Shown piece after piece: positions 16,730 to 25,916 of a DNA stretch of 64,000 nucleotides (position 1 is the first letter of the stretch; each line of letters starts with the position of its first letter). The stretch spans positions 357 through 64,356 of the forward strand of contig NZ_DASWKA010000067.1 of assembly GCF_036396855.1 (NCBI RefSeq), written 5' to 3'. Made by a program: the position numbers and the translations under genes. Source of the stretch: Candidatus Deferrimicrobium sp. GTDB taxonomy: Bacteria > Desulfobacterota > Deferrimicrobia > Deferrimicrobiales > Deferrimicrobiaceae. The notes under the pieces are model-generated. The model worked only from the letters and a program-made list of their open reading frames with translations. It was not told the origin of the DNA and searched no databases.

Positions 16730-17968
16730 TCACACGTTGACGAGGTTCGCCTTGATATCCCGGAGGGTGACCAGCATCAGGGTGAGGTATTCCCGGATAT
16801 GCCGGGTGAGGAGGAAATTCTCGCGAACGAACTCCCGCGCGGTCGCTCCCATCCGATCGATGCCGTCCTGGTGGTGAAGCAGGTAACGAATCCGGTGGGC
16901 CGCCCCTTCGGGGGTGTTCACCAGGAACCCCGTGTGATGGTTTACGACCTGGAGACGGATTCCGCCGACATCCCCACCGATGACCGGTTTCCCCTTCCAC
17001 ATCCCCTCGGTCACCGTCAGCCCGAATCCCTCCCGGGTCGACTTCTGCAGGATGATCGTCGCCAGCCGCTGAAGCGCGTTGATCGTCCTGTGGGCGCTCG
17101 GGGGAAGGAGGAGCACGTGAATGTCCGGGTCGTTTCCCGCCGCCTCCATCACGTCCTCCAGAACCGACTTCCCCTCCGGGTCATCGGTGGCCCCGCCGCC
17201 CGCCAGGACGAGTTGGACCGGAGAAACCTTGCGCACCATCCGGTAGGCCTCGATCACGCCCACCGGATCCTTGAACCGGTCGAACCGCGAGATCTGGACG
17301 AGCACGGGTCGTGACGGATCCAGCCCGTACTCGATTCGAACCGCCTCGATTTCCGCGGGGACCAGGTCCCGATTCTTCTCGCTCAGGGGATCGATGCTCG
17401 GCGGCACCAGGAACTGCGGGTGGGGGAGCGGCTGCGCAAACTCCGCCATCGAGAAGACGCTGGCGTCGTACCCTTCCACGATGGGCCGCAAGCTTTTCCA
17501 GACGGGGCGGAACGGCCTGCTGATGTCGATGTGGGCGCGCCAGATCCACTTCCCCTTCCTTCGGTCGCAGAGCCGGAGAAGGTGCGCCGGCTGGGGGTCG
17601 TGGATGATGACGAGGTCCGCCTCCTCGAGACGCGGCCGGAGCCGGTCGAGGTTCGCCGCGTTGACGTCCTCGTAGATCTTCCAGTCCCTGGAGGAGATGC
17701 CGACGTTATGTCCCTGCAGGCCGTTGTGGATGGCCTTGGTGATCTCGAAAAACCCGGGGTTCCCGTGGAGGATCTCCCACGACGCCTCCACCCCCAGTTC
17801 GAGCATCAGACGGGTCATCCACTCGAGAATCTCCGCGACTCCGCCGCCCTCGCGGGTGGAGTTCACGTGGACGACCCGAACCCCGGAGAGTTTTTCCCCG
17901 AACTTGCGCAACTGGCGGAGGACCGTCGCCCCGACGATCCCCTCGTAGGCGGCAAGCGGGGCGGTCAT
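16730..17968 (-). CDS. treT: GT4 glycosyltransferase, TreT-like trehalose synthase
   Basis: 412 aa. The N-terminus VHVNSTREGGGVAEILEWMTRLMLELGVEASWEILHG..FFEITKAIHNGLQG resembles archaeal and bacterial TreT as I recall it. C-terminal GT1/GT4 motif EGFGLTVTEGMWKGKPVIGG. ATGA overlap with the upstream gene. Confidence 0.7.
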   Translation of the reverse strand: MTAPLAAYEGIVGATVLRQLRKFGEKLSGVRVVHVNSTREGGGVAEILEWMTRLMLELGVEASWEILHGNPGFFEITKAIHNGLQGHNVGISSRDWKIYEDVNAANLDRLRPRLEEADLVIIHDPQPAHLLRLCDRRKGKWIWRAHIDISRPFRPVWKSLRPIVEGYDASVFSMAEFAQPLPHPQFLVPPSIDPLSEKNRDLVPAEIEAVRIEYGLDPSRPVLVQISRFDRFKDPVGVIEAYRMVRKVSPVQLVLAGGGATDDPEGKSVLEDVMEAAGNDPDIHVLLLPPSAHRTINALQRLATIILQKSTREGFGLTVTEGMWKGKPVIGGDVGGIRLQVVNHHTGFLVNTPEGAAHRIRYLLHHQDGIDRMGATAREFVRENFLLTRHIREYLTLMLVTLRDIKANLVNV

Positions 17969-18624
17969 TTCGCCTCCTCCCGCCTGGACAGCCGGGTCGC
18001 CAGCTCCTTCCGGAGGTCGGCAAGGGAGTGGAAATGGAAATCGATGGAAGCCAGCGCCTCGATATACGGCCGGTTCCTCCCGCCGTCCTCGTTTTCAAGG
18101 AGCCACGCCGTGAAATCGTCTTTCTCGATGGGGGACCGGCGCCGCGCCTCGAGGTAGTGGTAGTAGATGCTCCCGTTGGTCATTTCCCGGACGGCGTCGG
18201 CGAGTTCGGAGGGATGGGAGATCCGGACACCGGCGGAGAACATCACCGTGGTCGCCTCCATGAAGAAGAACTCGTCCCCCGGGCGTGCCCACGGGATCAT
18301 CGTCAACTCGCCGAGCCTTTCGTCGATCACCTCGAGCGTAGCGGCGCGAAGGTCCCCGAGGGAAGGGAACGAGTAAGGGTCGAGGATTCCGAGCCGCTCC
18401 GCGAGCACGCGGTCCCCCAGGTACAATTTCGACCACACGGCGAAGTCGTTCCTGTAGTCGGGATTGTCGAAGGTGGGCCGGAGCGTGGTCTCGCAATAAT
18501 GATGGAACAGGACGTTGTCGCTGCACGCGGCGATCCTCTCCCGGAGCTCCCTCAGGTTGAACGCCGGCGGAAGGCCGCTCATCCGGGTGAGGAGCGCGCA
18601 ATCCTTCACTTCGAACGGGGTCAT
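17965..18624 (-). CDS. conserved hypothetical protein with internal tandem duplication
   Basis: 219 aa in two halves of about 85 aa with parallel motifs (NLRELRERI..NVLFHHYCE..NDFAVW..SLGDLRAATLEVI versus PSELADAVR..SIYYHYLEA..DDFTAWL..SLADLRKELATRL). Translationally coupled to the treT-like gene. Confidence 0.7.
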   Translation of the reverse strand: MTPFEVKDCALLTRMSGLPPAFNLRELRERIAACSDNVLFHHYCETTLRPTFDNPDYRNDFAVWSKLYLGDRVLAERLGILDPYSFPSLGDLRAATLEVIDERLGELTMIPWARPGDEFFFMEATTVMFSAGVRISHPSELADAVREMTNGSIYYHYLEARRRSPIEKDDFTAWLLENEDGGRNRPYIEALASIDFHFHSLADLRKELATRLSRREEAK

Positions 18625-18655
18625 GCCGCTCCTTTGCGCCCGCCCGGAACGTTGT

Positions 18656-20926
18656 TCATGCCCCGGTCTCCAACGCCGAGGCGTCGCCGGCCAGCCGCAG
18701 CCGCGCCAGCTCGGCGATCAGTTTTCCCGCCCATCGGTAGATGTTGTAATCGCGGACGTTCGCGCGCATCCGCCCCATCCTGGCGCGCCTTTCCTCGGGC
18801 GGCATCCTGAGCGCAAGGCAGATCGCGTCGGCCATCTGCTCGGTGTCGTACGGGTTGACGATGAGGGCGTCCTTCAGTTCGCGGGAAGCCCCGGTGAACT
18901 GGCTCAGGATCAGCACGCCGTCCTCGTCGCTCCTGGCGGCGACGAATTCCTTGGCGACCAGGTTCATCCCGTCGTGCAGGGAGGTGACCATGCAGAGATC
19001 GGAAGCCTTGTAATAGGGATCGATCGCCTCGTGGGTATGATGTGCCTTCAGGAAGGCGATCGGTTTCCATGTTTTCGTCCGGAAGCGCCAGTTGATCCTT
19101 TCCACCGTTTCCTCGATCTCCGCCGTCAGATCGCGGTACTTCTTGATGTGGGTGCGGCTGGGGGCCCCCAGCTCCACGAAGGTGAATCGCCCCAGGTATT
19201 CCGGGTACTTTTCGAAGAAACGCTCGATGGCCCCGAACCGTTCGGGGATCCCTTTCGTATAGTCGATCCGGTCGACTCCCACCCCGAGATATTCCGCCTG
19301 GATCCCGATCCCCCGGAGCAGATCCTCCTTCGCCGGCCATTCTTCCGGAGAGGCAGGCCCGAAGGATTGTTCGAAGTTGACGCTGATGGGAAACGGCTTG
19401 ACCAGCGTCGTATGGCCGGCGCGGGTGACCGAGAACTGCTCCCAGTCGATCTTCGATTCGAGGAACCGGTCGACCGTCTCCAGGAAGTTGTTGCAGTGGA
19501 ACTGGATGTGGAATCCGATGATGTCCGAGCCGAGCATCCCCTGGAGGATCTCCTGGCGCCACGGGCAGATGCCGTACGCTTCCGGGTTCGGCCACGGGAT
19601 GTGCCAGAAGATGGCGACCTTCGCGTCGGGACGCTTCTCCTTGATCAACGTCGGCAGGAGGGCGAGATGGTAGTCCTGAACGAGGACCAGGGGGGATTCC
19701 TTCCCCGCGATCTCCTGCAGCAGGGCCTCGGCGAACTTCTCGTTCACCTTCCTGTAATGGGTCCAGTCTTCCAGGCGGAAGTCGGGGCGGGTGTGGGTGA
19801 TGTGGCAGAGCGGCCAGAGGCCCTCGTTCGCGAACCCGTAATAGTAGCCGTCCTCTTCCTCCTTGGTCAGCCAGACCCTCTTCAGGGTGTAGGCCGGGTC
19901 CTTGGGGGGGACGCGGAGGGTGTCGTTGCCGTCGACCGTTTCGCGGTCCGCATCGCCGACTCCGTGCGCGATCCAGAGACCGTCGCAGACCCGCATCACG
20001 GGGTCGAGCGCGGTGATCAGGCCGCCCGCGGGAATGATGCACCGGATCTCCGGGCCGTCCTTCTCGTGGATGTACGGCTCGCGGTTCGACACGAGAACCA
20101 GTTTTTTCCCGTCGAGTTCCACCACCATCTGTTCCTTCAGCCGTTTCGGCGTCCAGAGGTTTTCCGGTCGTACGTTCAGGACGGAAGCCTCCTCGGCCCT
20201 TGCCCGCGCCACGGCCAGGCTCTTGGCCATGCGGTGCACTTCCGAGATCAGCGGATCGAGCGCCGCGTCCATCTTCGGCGGGACGGCGGGATTGGCGGAT
20301 TTTGTTTTCCCGGTGCGCAGCTCCTTGATCCATCCCGCCATCTGGGCGATCGGCCCGGTGATGCTCCAGCGGACGACGATCAGGGTGATGGCGACGACAA
20401 GCACCGTGAGAACCAGGAAGCGGATGAGGTTGTCTCTCCAGATCTCCGTGAGCCGGACGTCGATGAACGACGCGTCATGGAAGAGCGTCAGAACCCCGAT
20501 CGGCTTCTCTTCCTGGACCAGGGGGGAGGCGTAGCGATAGGTCCTCCGGTTTCCGACGCGGACGAACACGCCCACCGGCCGGTATTCCGTCAGGACATGG
20601 ACGATCTGGGGACCGGATCCCTGGATCATCGGCTCGAGGTCGGCGGTCGAGGCAAGGAGCTGGCCATCGGCGTCGTGCACCGCGATCCCCTGGAACCCTA
20701 CGCGATTGCTGAACCGCTGGACGAGGAGGCTCAATTTCAAGGAGGAATCCGAAAGGAGCAGCGGGGTGACGGATTCCTGGATGCTTTCGGCCAGGAGGAT
20801 GGTGCGCCGCTCCAGTTCGGACTTCAGGCGGATCTTTTCCGTACGCACCTGGTAGAACGAAAACCCGCCCGCAACCAGGCCGACGACGATAACGAGGGAT
20901 ACGACAAGCCGGAGCGTGATCTTCAT
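18656..20926 (-). CDS. otsA: trehalose-6-phosphate synthase (GT20, OtsA-like) fused to an N-terminal two-TM sensor and HAMP-like linker
   Basis: ATG at 20926 overlaps the marR stop (ATGA). TM1 LRLVVSLVIVVGLVAGGF, an extracytoplasmic segment of about 150 aa, TM2 FLVLTVLVVAITLIVV, then a HAMP-like helix pair. GT20 blocks follow: LVLVSNREPY, GGLITALDPV, GFANEGLWPLCH, VQDYHLALLP, IFWHIPWP. The upstream part of the 891-aa track ORF is discarded. Confidence 0.85.
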   Translation of the reverse strand: MKITLRLVVSLVIVVGLVAGGFSFYQVRTEKIRLKSELERRTILLAESIQESVTPLLLSDSSLKLSLLVQRFSNRVGFQGIAVHDADGQLLASTADLEPMIQGSGPQIVHVLTEYRPVGVFVRVGNRRTYRYASPLVQEEKPIGVLTLFHDASFIDVRLTEIWRDNLIRFLVLTVLVVAITLIVVRWSITGPIAQMAGWIKELRTGKTKSANPAVPPKMDAALDPLISEVHRMAKSLAVARARAEEASVLNVRPENLWTPKRLKEQMVVELDGKKLVLVSNREPYIHEKDGPEIRCIIPAGGLITALDPVMRVCDGLWIAHGVGDADRETVDGNDTLRVPPKDPAYTLKRVWLTKEEEDGYYYGFANEGLWPLCHITHTRPDFRLEDWTHYRKVNEKFAEALLQEIAGKESPLVLVQDYHLALLPTLIKEKRPDAKVAIFWHIPWPNPEAYGICPWRQEILQGMLGSDIIGFHIQFHCNNFLETVDRFLESKIDWEQFSVTRAGHTTLVKPFPISVNFEQSFGPASPEEWPAKEDLLRGIGIQAEYLGVGVDRIDYTKGIPERFGAIERFFEKYPEYLGRFTFVELGAPSRTHIKKYRDLTAEIEETVERINWRFRTKTWKPIAFLKAHHTHEAIDPYYKASDLCMVTSLHDGMNLVAKEFVAARSDEDGVLILSQFTGASRELKDALIVNPYDTEQMADAICLALRMPPEERRARMGRMRANVRDYNIYRWAGKLIAELARLRLAGDASALETGA

Positions 20927-21465
20927 CCGCCATCTCCGGTACGATACGGCGGATCGTCGATCTTCACCACCGACGCGTTGACCTCCGGCGACAGCAGGAG
21001 CGGGGGAGGCATCCCTTCCACGCCCAGGATGCCGACAAGACGCCGCAGTCCCTCGCAGGTGGTCTGCAGATCCTGGTCGGACAGATCTTTCAGCCCCTTG
21101 AGGAGAAGCCCCTGGGCGATCTGGGGGACTTTCGACACCGTCTCCCTTCCCTTTGCGGTCAAGGAGACCGTCACGACGCGGTGATCCTCCGCGGATCTTG
21201 TCCGCGCAACCTGGGCGTGCTGTTCCAGGCGGTCCAGGATTCCGACCACCGTGGACGGGTGGAGGTACATCCGCCGGGCGAGGTCGGTCACCCGGATCGG
21301 CGCGGATTCCGCAAGCACTTTCATGGCCCACACCTGCGGTCCGGTCAGCCCTCCGATCTTTTCGGCGCGCTTGGAGTACCGATGGACCACCGCGAACACG
21401 CGTCGAAGGTTGTCGAGAACGTCGGCGATCTCGCGATCCCTCCGTGCCCTCCGGGTCTCGGCCAT
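20923..21465 (-). CDS. MarR family transcriptional regulator
   Basis: wHTH core LTGPQVWAMKVLAESAPIRVTDLARRMYLHPSTVVGILDRLE...VTVSLTAKG. ATG 21465 has an aaggag RBS. The track start 21495 is an alternative. Confidence 0.8.
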   Translation of the reverse strand: MAETRRARRDREIADVLDNLRRVFAVVHRYSKRAEKIGGLTGPQVWAMKVLAESAPIRVTDLARRMYLHPSTVVGILDRLEQHAQVARTRSAEDHRVVTVSLTAKGRETVSKVPQIAQGLLLKGLKDLSDQDLQTTCEGLRRLVGILGVEGMPPPLLLSPEVNASVVKIDDPPYRTGDGG

Positions 21466-21516
21466 GCGGCGAACTCTCCTTGGGAAAGATTCCATCAGGC
21501 GGCTCTATTTATTTTA

Positions 21517-21533
21517 ACACAAATGATTTGTAT
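21517..21533. promoter_or_regulatory. 8-1-8 AT-rich palindrome (candidate MarR operator)
   Basis: acacaaat g atttgtat has one arm mismatch. It lies in the marR/clc divergent region and recurs as atgcaaat a atttgtat at 42520-42536. Confidence 0.5.
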
Positions 21534-21614
21534 GATAAAAAGATGGGTGCGCGGGCGAAGAATTTCCCGCTTCATTGACCGGATTTATGAAGCGGAAAGG
21601 GATCGGATCACCGG

Positions 21615-23399
21615 ATGGGAACCATCGAACGGCTTCGCGTTCGGCTTTCAAGGGAGATGTCCCGGCTCCCTTCGCAATACCGCCTCATGCTCCTTTCCGT
21701 CGGCGTCGGGATCGTCGCGGGCCTCGGGGCGATCCTGTTCGACCGGCTCCTCGGGTGGATGCTCCGCACCGTGCTGGAATCCTTCACCGGATATTCGGAG
21801 CCGCAGGCGGGATCTCCCGCCGCATCGCTCTTCACGTTCGCCCCGGTCCGATCCCTCTGGTTCTTCATTGTCCCCGTCCTCGGAGGGCTTGTCTCCGGTG
21901 TGATCGTCTATCTCGTCGCCCCGGAGGCGGAGGGGCACGGAACGGACGCGATGATCGAGGCGTTCCACCAGCGGGGAGGGAAAATAAGAAAACGCGTGCC
22001 GTTCGTTAAGATATTGGCATCGGCCCTGACGATCGGTACCGGCGGCTCCGCCGGGAAGGAAGGCCCGATCGCGCAGATCGGATCCGGGTTCGGGTCCACG
22101 TTCGCATCTCTGCTGAAGCTGAATGCGCGCGAGCGGCGGATCCTCGTGCTCGCCGGCGCCGCCGGCGGGATCGGCGCGATCTTCCAGGCGCCGCTGGGCG
22201 CGGCCCTCTTCGCCCCGGAGGTGCTGTATCGCGAGACGGAGTTCGAGTACGAGGCGATCCTCCCCTGCATCGTATCCTCGATCACGTCGTACGCCGTCTA
22301 CACGCAACTCTACAAGAAAGGGGCGCTCTTCTTTCCCGGTCCGGTTGATTTCTCCCTGCCCGGCGAACTCCTTCCGTACGCCCTCTTCGGCGTCGTCTGC
22401 GCGCTGGCCGGGTTCATCTACGTCCGCGTCTTCTACGGCTCCCGGGACCTTTTCTTCCGGCCGCTCCGGATCCACAAGATGCTGAAACCGGCGGTCGGGG
22501 GGCTCATGCTGGGGACGATCGCGTATGCGTTCCCGCAGGTTTCGGACGGCGGGTACGGGTGGGTTCAAATGGCCCTCGAGGGGAAGATGCTCTGGGGGAC
22601 GATGCTCCTCCTCGCCTTCCTTAAGATCCTCGCCACCTCCTGCACGATCGGATCGGGCGGGAGCGGCGGCGTCTTCGGCCCCTCGGTCTTCATCGGGGCG
22701 ATGCTCGGCGGGGCGTTCGGATTCCTCGGCCACCAGGTCGCCCCGGAGTGGGTCGTGAACCCCTCCTCGTTCGTGCTGGTGGGGATCGGAGGATTCTTCG
22801 CCGGCGTCGCCAAGACGCCGGTCTCCTCCATCATCATGGCGTGCGAGATGAGCGCGAGCTACACCCTGCTGGTGCCGCTGATGCTCGTATCCTCCACGTC
22901 GTACCTGCTGCTGCGCAACACCAGCCTGTACGAGAAGCAGCAGCTCAGCCGGATCGCGTCGCCGGCGCACCTCACCGAGTTCGCCCGGGGGATGCTGGAG
23001 AAGATCCGTGTTCACGAGGCGACCACCGAGCGCCCGATTCTCCGCATCCCGGAGGACATGCCGTTCGGCGAGCTGGTGAAGACGGTCACCCACTCGAGGG
23101 CATCCCATTTCCCGGTGGTCGACGGGGAGGGACGGATGACCGGCATCCTGTCGATCGGCAACATCCGGTCGATCCTCTTCGAGGATACGATCGACCAGCT
23201 GATCGTGGCGCGGGACGTTGCGACCCCGAATGTCGTCCGGGTATACTGGAACGACACCCTCCAGCAGGCCCTCGAGAAGATGGCGGCGATCCAGGTGGAC
23301 GAGTTGCCGGTCGTACGGGAGGAGCGGCCGGACGAGATCGTTACGATGATCTCGAAGCGGGACATCGTGAACTACTATTATGGAAGGAGCACGGCGTGA
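21615..23399 (+). CDS. ClC-family chloride channel / H+-Cl- antiporter with C-terminal CBS pair
   Basis: 594 aa with selectivity-filter motifs GSAGKEGP and GSGGSGGVFGPS. The C-terminal CBS pair includes HFPVVDGEGRMTGILS and ELPVVREERPDEIVTMIS. Confidence 0.9.
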   Translation: MGTIERLRVRLSREMSRLPSQYRLMLLSVGVGIVAGLGAILFDRLLGWMLRTVLESFTGYSEPQAGSPAASLFTFAPVRSLWFFIVPVLGGLVSGVIVYLVAPEAEGHGTDAMIEAFHQRGGKIRKRVPFVKILASALTIGTGGSAGKEGPIAQIGSGFGSTFASLLKLNARERRILVLAGAAGGIGAIFQAPLGAALFAPEVLYRETEFEYEAILPCIVSSITSYAVYTQLYKKGALFFPGPVDFSLPGELLPYALFGVVCALAGFIYVRVFYGSRDLFFRPLRIHKMLKPAVGGLMLGTIAYAFPQVSDGGYGWVQMALEGKMLWGTMLLLAFLKILATSCTIGSGGSGGVFGPSVFIGAMLGGAFGFLGHQVAPEWVVNPSSFVLVGIGGFFAGVAKTPVSSIIMACEMSASYTLLVPLMLVSSTSYLLLRNTSLYEKQQLSRIASPAHLTEFARGMLEKIRVHEATTERPILRIPEDMPFGELVKTVTHSRASHFPVVDGEGRMTGILSIGNIRSILFEDTIDQLIVARDVATPNVVRVYWNDTLQQALEKMAAIQVDELPVVREERPDEIVTMISKRDIVNYYYGRSTA

Positions 23400-23472
23400 C
23401 GGGGGGGGGCTTCGCCCCCGGTCGGGATCCCACATCCGCGGGCCATTACGATGAAAGGGTAGGGAGCGCCCC

Positions 23473-24801
23473 TTGAGAAAACCGCCGTTCTTCGGGATCC
23501 TGTTCCTCGCCGCCGTTCTCCTGTTCCCCGCGATCGCGTTCGCGGCGGGGGAGGACCCCTCCATCCCGCTCCTCCTGTACCTCGTCGTGATCCTCGTGAC
23601 CGCGAAGCTCATGGGACACCTGGCCGTCCTGGTCGGTCAGCCGGCGGTCCTCGGGGAGCTCCTGGCGGGGGTTCTCCTCGGCAATCTTTACCTTGCGGGC
23701 GTCCACGGATTCGAGGAGATCGCGACCGATCCCGGCGTCGACCTTTTCGCCAGGATCGGCGTGGTGGTGCTCCTGTTCGAGGTGGGACTGGAGTCGACGA
23801 TCCGGGACATCCTGCGGGTGGGGCTCTCCTCGTTCCTCGTGGCGGTCCTGGGGGTCGCCGCGCCCTTCGCCCTCGGGTGGCTGGTGGGGGCCTGGCTCAT
23901 TCCCGGGGATTCCTGGCACACCCACGCATTCCTCGGGGCCACCCTGTGCGCCACGAGCGTAGGCATCACGGCGCGCGTCCTCCAGGACATCGGGAAATCC
24001 CGCGGCAAGGAGGCGCGGATCATCCTCGGGGCCGCGGTCGTCGACGACGTCCTCGGGCTGATCATCCTCGCCGCCATCTCCGGCTCCATCGTGGCGGCGG
24101 CGCAGGGCGGGGCTTCGTTCGGAGTCTGGCCGCAGGTGGCGATCACGCTGAAAGCGGTGGGGTTCCTTGCGGGCTCGCTCCTCATCGGCACGTGGTTGAC
24201 TCCCCGCATCTTTTCGGGCGCGTCGCGGCTGCGGGGGGCGGGGGTCCTGATCGGCGTCTCGCTCGCGTTCTGCTTCCTGCTGGCGCACCTGGCCGGGGTG
24301 GCGGGACTGGCGCCGATCGTGGGCGCGTTCGCGGCGGGACTCATCCTCGAACCCGTACATTTTCAGAAGTTCGGGGAGCGGAACATCCACCATCTCGAGG
24401 AATCCCTTCGCCCCCTCGTGGAACTGCTCGCCCCGGTCTTCTTCGTCCAGATGGGGGCGAAGGTGGACCTCACGGCGTTCGCTTCGACGGACGCGCTCTG
24501 GCTCGCCCTCCTGCTCACGGTCGCCGCCATCGCGGGGAAGCAGCTCTGCTCCCTCGGGGTCCTCGACAGGACGATCAACCGGTGGGCCGTGGGCATCGGG
24601 ATGATCCCCCGCGGGGAGGTCGGCCTGATCTTCGCCAGCGTCGGGGCGTCCCTCATCCTCGAGGGGAAGAGGGTGATCGGGGCGACCACCTACTCCGCGG
24701 TCGTGATCATGGTGATCGTGACCACTCTCGTCACCCCGCCGCTCCTCAAGTGGGCGCTGGCCGACCGGAAAGCCGTCACGCCCCCCGAATCCGGCGCCTG
24801 A
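23473..24801 (+). CDS. cation:proton antiporter (CPA2/Kef-NapA type)
   Basis: 442 aa, polytopic. N-terminal motif LVTAKLMGHLAVLVGQPAVLGELLAGVLLG and central GAFAAGL are typical of CPA1/CPA2 exchangers. TTG start. Confidence 0.8.
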   Translation: MRKPPFFGILFLAAVLLFPAIAFAAGEDPSIPLLLYLVVILVTAKLMGHLAVLVGQPAVLGELLAGVLLGNLYLAGVHGFEEIATDPGVDLFARIGVVVLLFEVGLESTIRDILRVGLSSFLVAVLGVAAPFALGWLVGAWLIPGDSWHTHAFLGATLCATSVGITARVLQDIGKSRGKEARIILGAAVVDDVLGLIILAAISGSIVAAAQGGASFGVWPQVAITLKAVGFLAGSLLIGTWLTPRIFSGASRLRGAGVLIGVSLAFCFLLAHLAGVAGLAPIVGAFAAGLILEPVHFQKFGERNIHHLEESLRPLVELLAPVFFVQMGAKVDLTAFASTDALWLALLLTVAAIAGKQLCSLGVLDRTINRWAVGIGMIPRGEVGLIFASVGASLILEGKRVIGATTYSAVVIMVIVTTLVTPPLLKWALADRKAVTPPESGA

Positions 24802-24827
24802 AACCGAACCCCGGTGAGAAATGCGGG

Positions 24828-25880
24828 CTAGGGCCTCGTCAGGTACAGGGTCTGGGTCGGGTAGGCGAACTCGATCTTGCGCTTCCCGAACTCCTCGTGG
24901 ATCCGCAGGTTGGCCTTCTGCTGGATGTCCATGTATCTCGTGTAGTCGTTGCCCTCCACGAAATAGACGATCTCGTAGATCAGGCTGAAGTCCCCGTAGG
25001 AGAAGAAGTGGACCCGGTCCAGGGTCGTTCCCTCGATCTCCCGGAAGATGTCCGTGACGATTCCGGGGATCTCCCGGAGAAGCGTTCCCGGGGTCTGGTA
25101 CGTCACGCCGAGCCGGAACACCACGCGACGCTTCGCCATCCGCTTGTAGTTGCGCACCCTCGAGTCGGTGAGGTCCTTGTTGGACACGATGATCTGCTCG
25201 CCGCCGAGGCTGGCGATTCGCGTGGTCTTGATCCCGAAGCGTTCGATGACTCCCATGTGATCGCCGACGATGACGAAATCGCCGATCTCGAAGGGGCGGT
25301 CGAACAGGATGACGAAATATCCGAACAGGTCGCCGAGGATGGCCTGGGCCGCGAGGGCGATGGCGATCCCGCCGATGCCGAGCCCCGCGATCACGGTGGA
25401 GATTTTGAACCCGAGGTTGTCGAGCATGAAGAGGGCGCCGAGGATCCAGACCACGGCTTTTGCCAGGCTGACGACCCCCCTCAGGGCACGGTCTCCGGTG
25501 GCGTCCTCCCCCCGTTTCCGACTGTATTCCTCGAAGCCGTACCGCACGACCGACACGGTGAAAACGATGACGAGGAGCGTCAGCAGGATGATTCCGGCCA
25601 TGTCGATGGCCCGTTCGAGGGGAGGCGAAAGCGTCAGGAACCGAAGGGAGGCCTGTACGATCGCGAGATAGGCCAGCGGGATTCCGGTCCCGCGGATCCG
25701 GCCGACGAGGAAGTCGTCGTACGCGCCCGGGCTCTTTTCCGCCCACGCCTTCAGGCGCTTGAACGCCAGGCCTCCGACGATCCGCACCGCGAGGATCCCC
25801 CCGAGGATGATCGCCAGGCAGATGAGGTATTCCGAGAGCCGGTTGTGGTAGAAATCCCGCTGCAGGAACTCCCCGATCAT
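24828..25880 (-). CDS. mechanosensitive ion channel (MscS family)
   Basis: 350 aa with three or four TM helices, then the MscS beta-domain signature FDRPFEIGDFVIVGDHMGVIERFGIKTTRIASLGGEQIIVSNKDL. It begins 36 nt after the treY stop. Confidence 0.85.
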   Translation of the reverse strand: MIGEFLQRDFYHNRLSEYLICLAIILGGILAVRIVGGLAFKRLKAWAEKSPGAYDDFLVGRIRGTGIPLAYLAIVQASLRFLTLSPPLERAIDMAGIILLTLLVIVFTVSVVRYGFEEYSRKRGEDATGDRALRGVVSLAKAVVWILGALFMLDNLGFKISTVIAGLGIGGIAIALAAQAILGDLFGYFVILFDRPFEIGDFVIVGDHMGVIERFGIKTTRIASLGGEQIIVSNKDLTDSRVRNYKRMAKRRVVFRLGVTYQTPGTLLREIPGIVTDIFREIEGTTLDRVHFFSYGDFSLIYEIVYFVEGNDYTRYMDIQQKANLRIHEEFGKRKIEFAYPTQTLYLTRP

Positions 25881-25916
25881 CGCCTTCTCCCTTCCTCGAT
25901 CGCAAGTGCCGGGGTG

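Noticed and set aside
16690-16732. tRNA-like T-loop sequence (rc: gcgttcgaatcccg) downstream of tRNA-Ser, considered as a possible second tRNA or an att-site remnant of an integrated element.
   Set aside because: The T-stem does not pair and no acceptor or anticodon arms can be drawn. It does not duplicate the 3' end of tRNA-Ser. No integrase or other mobile gene is adjacent.
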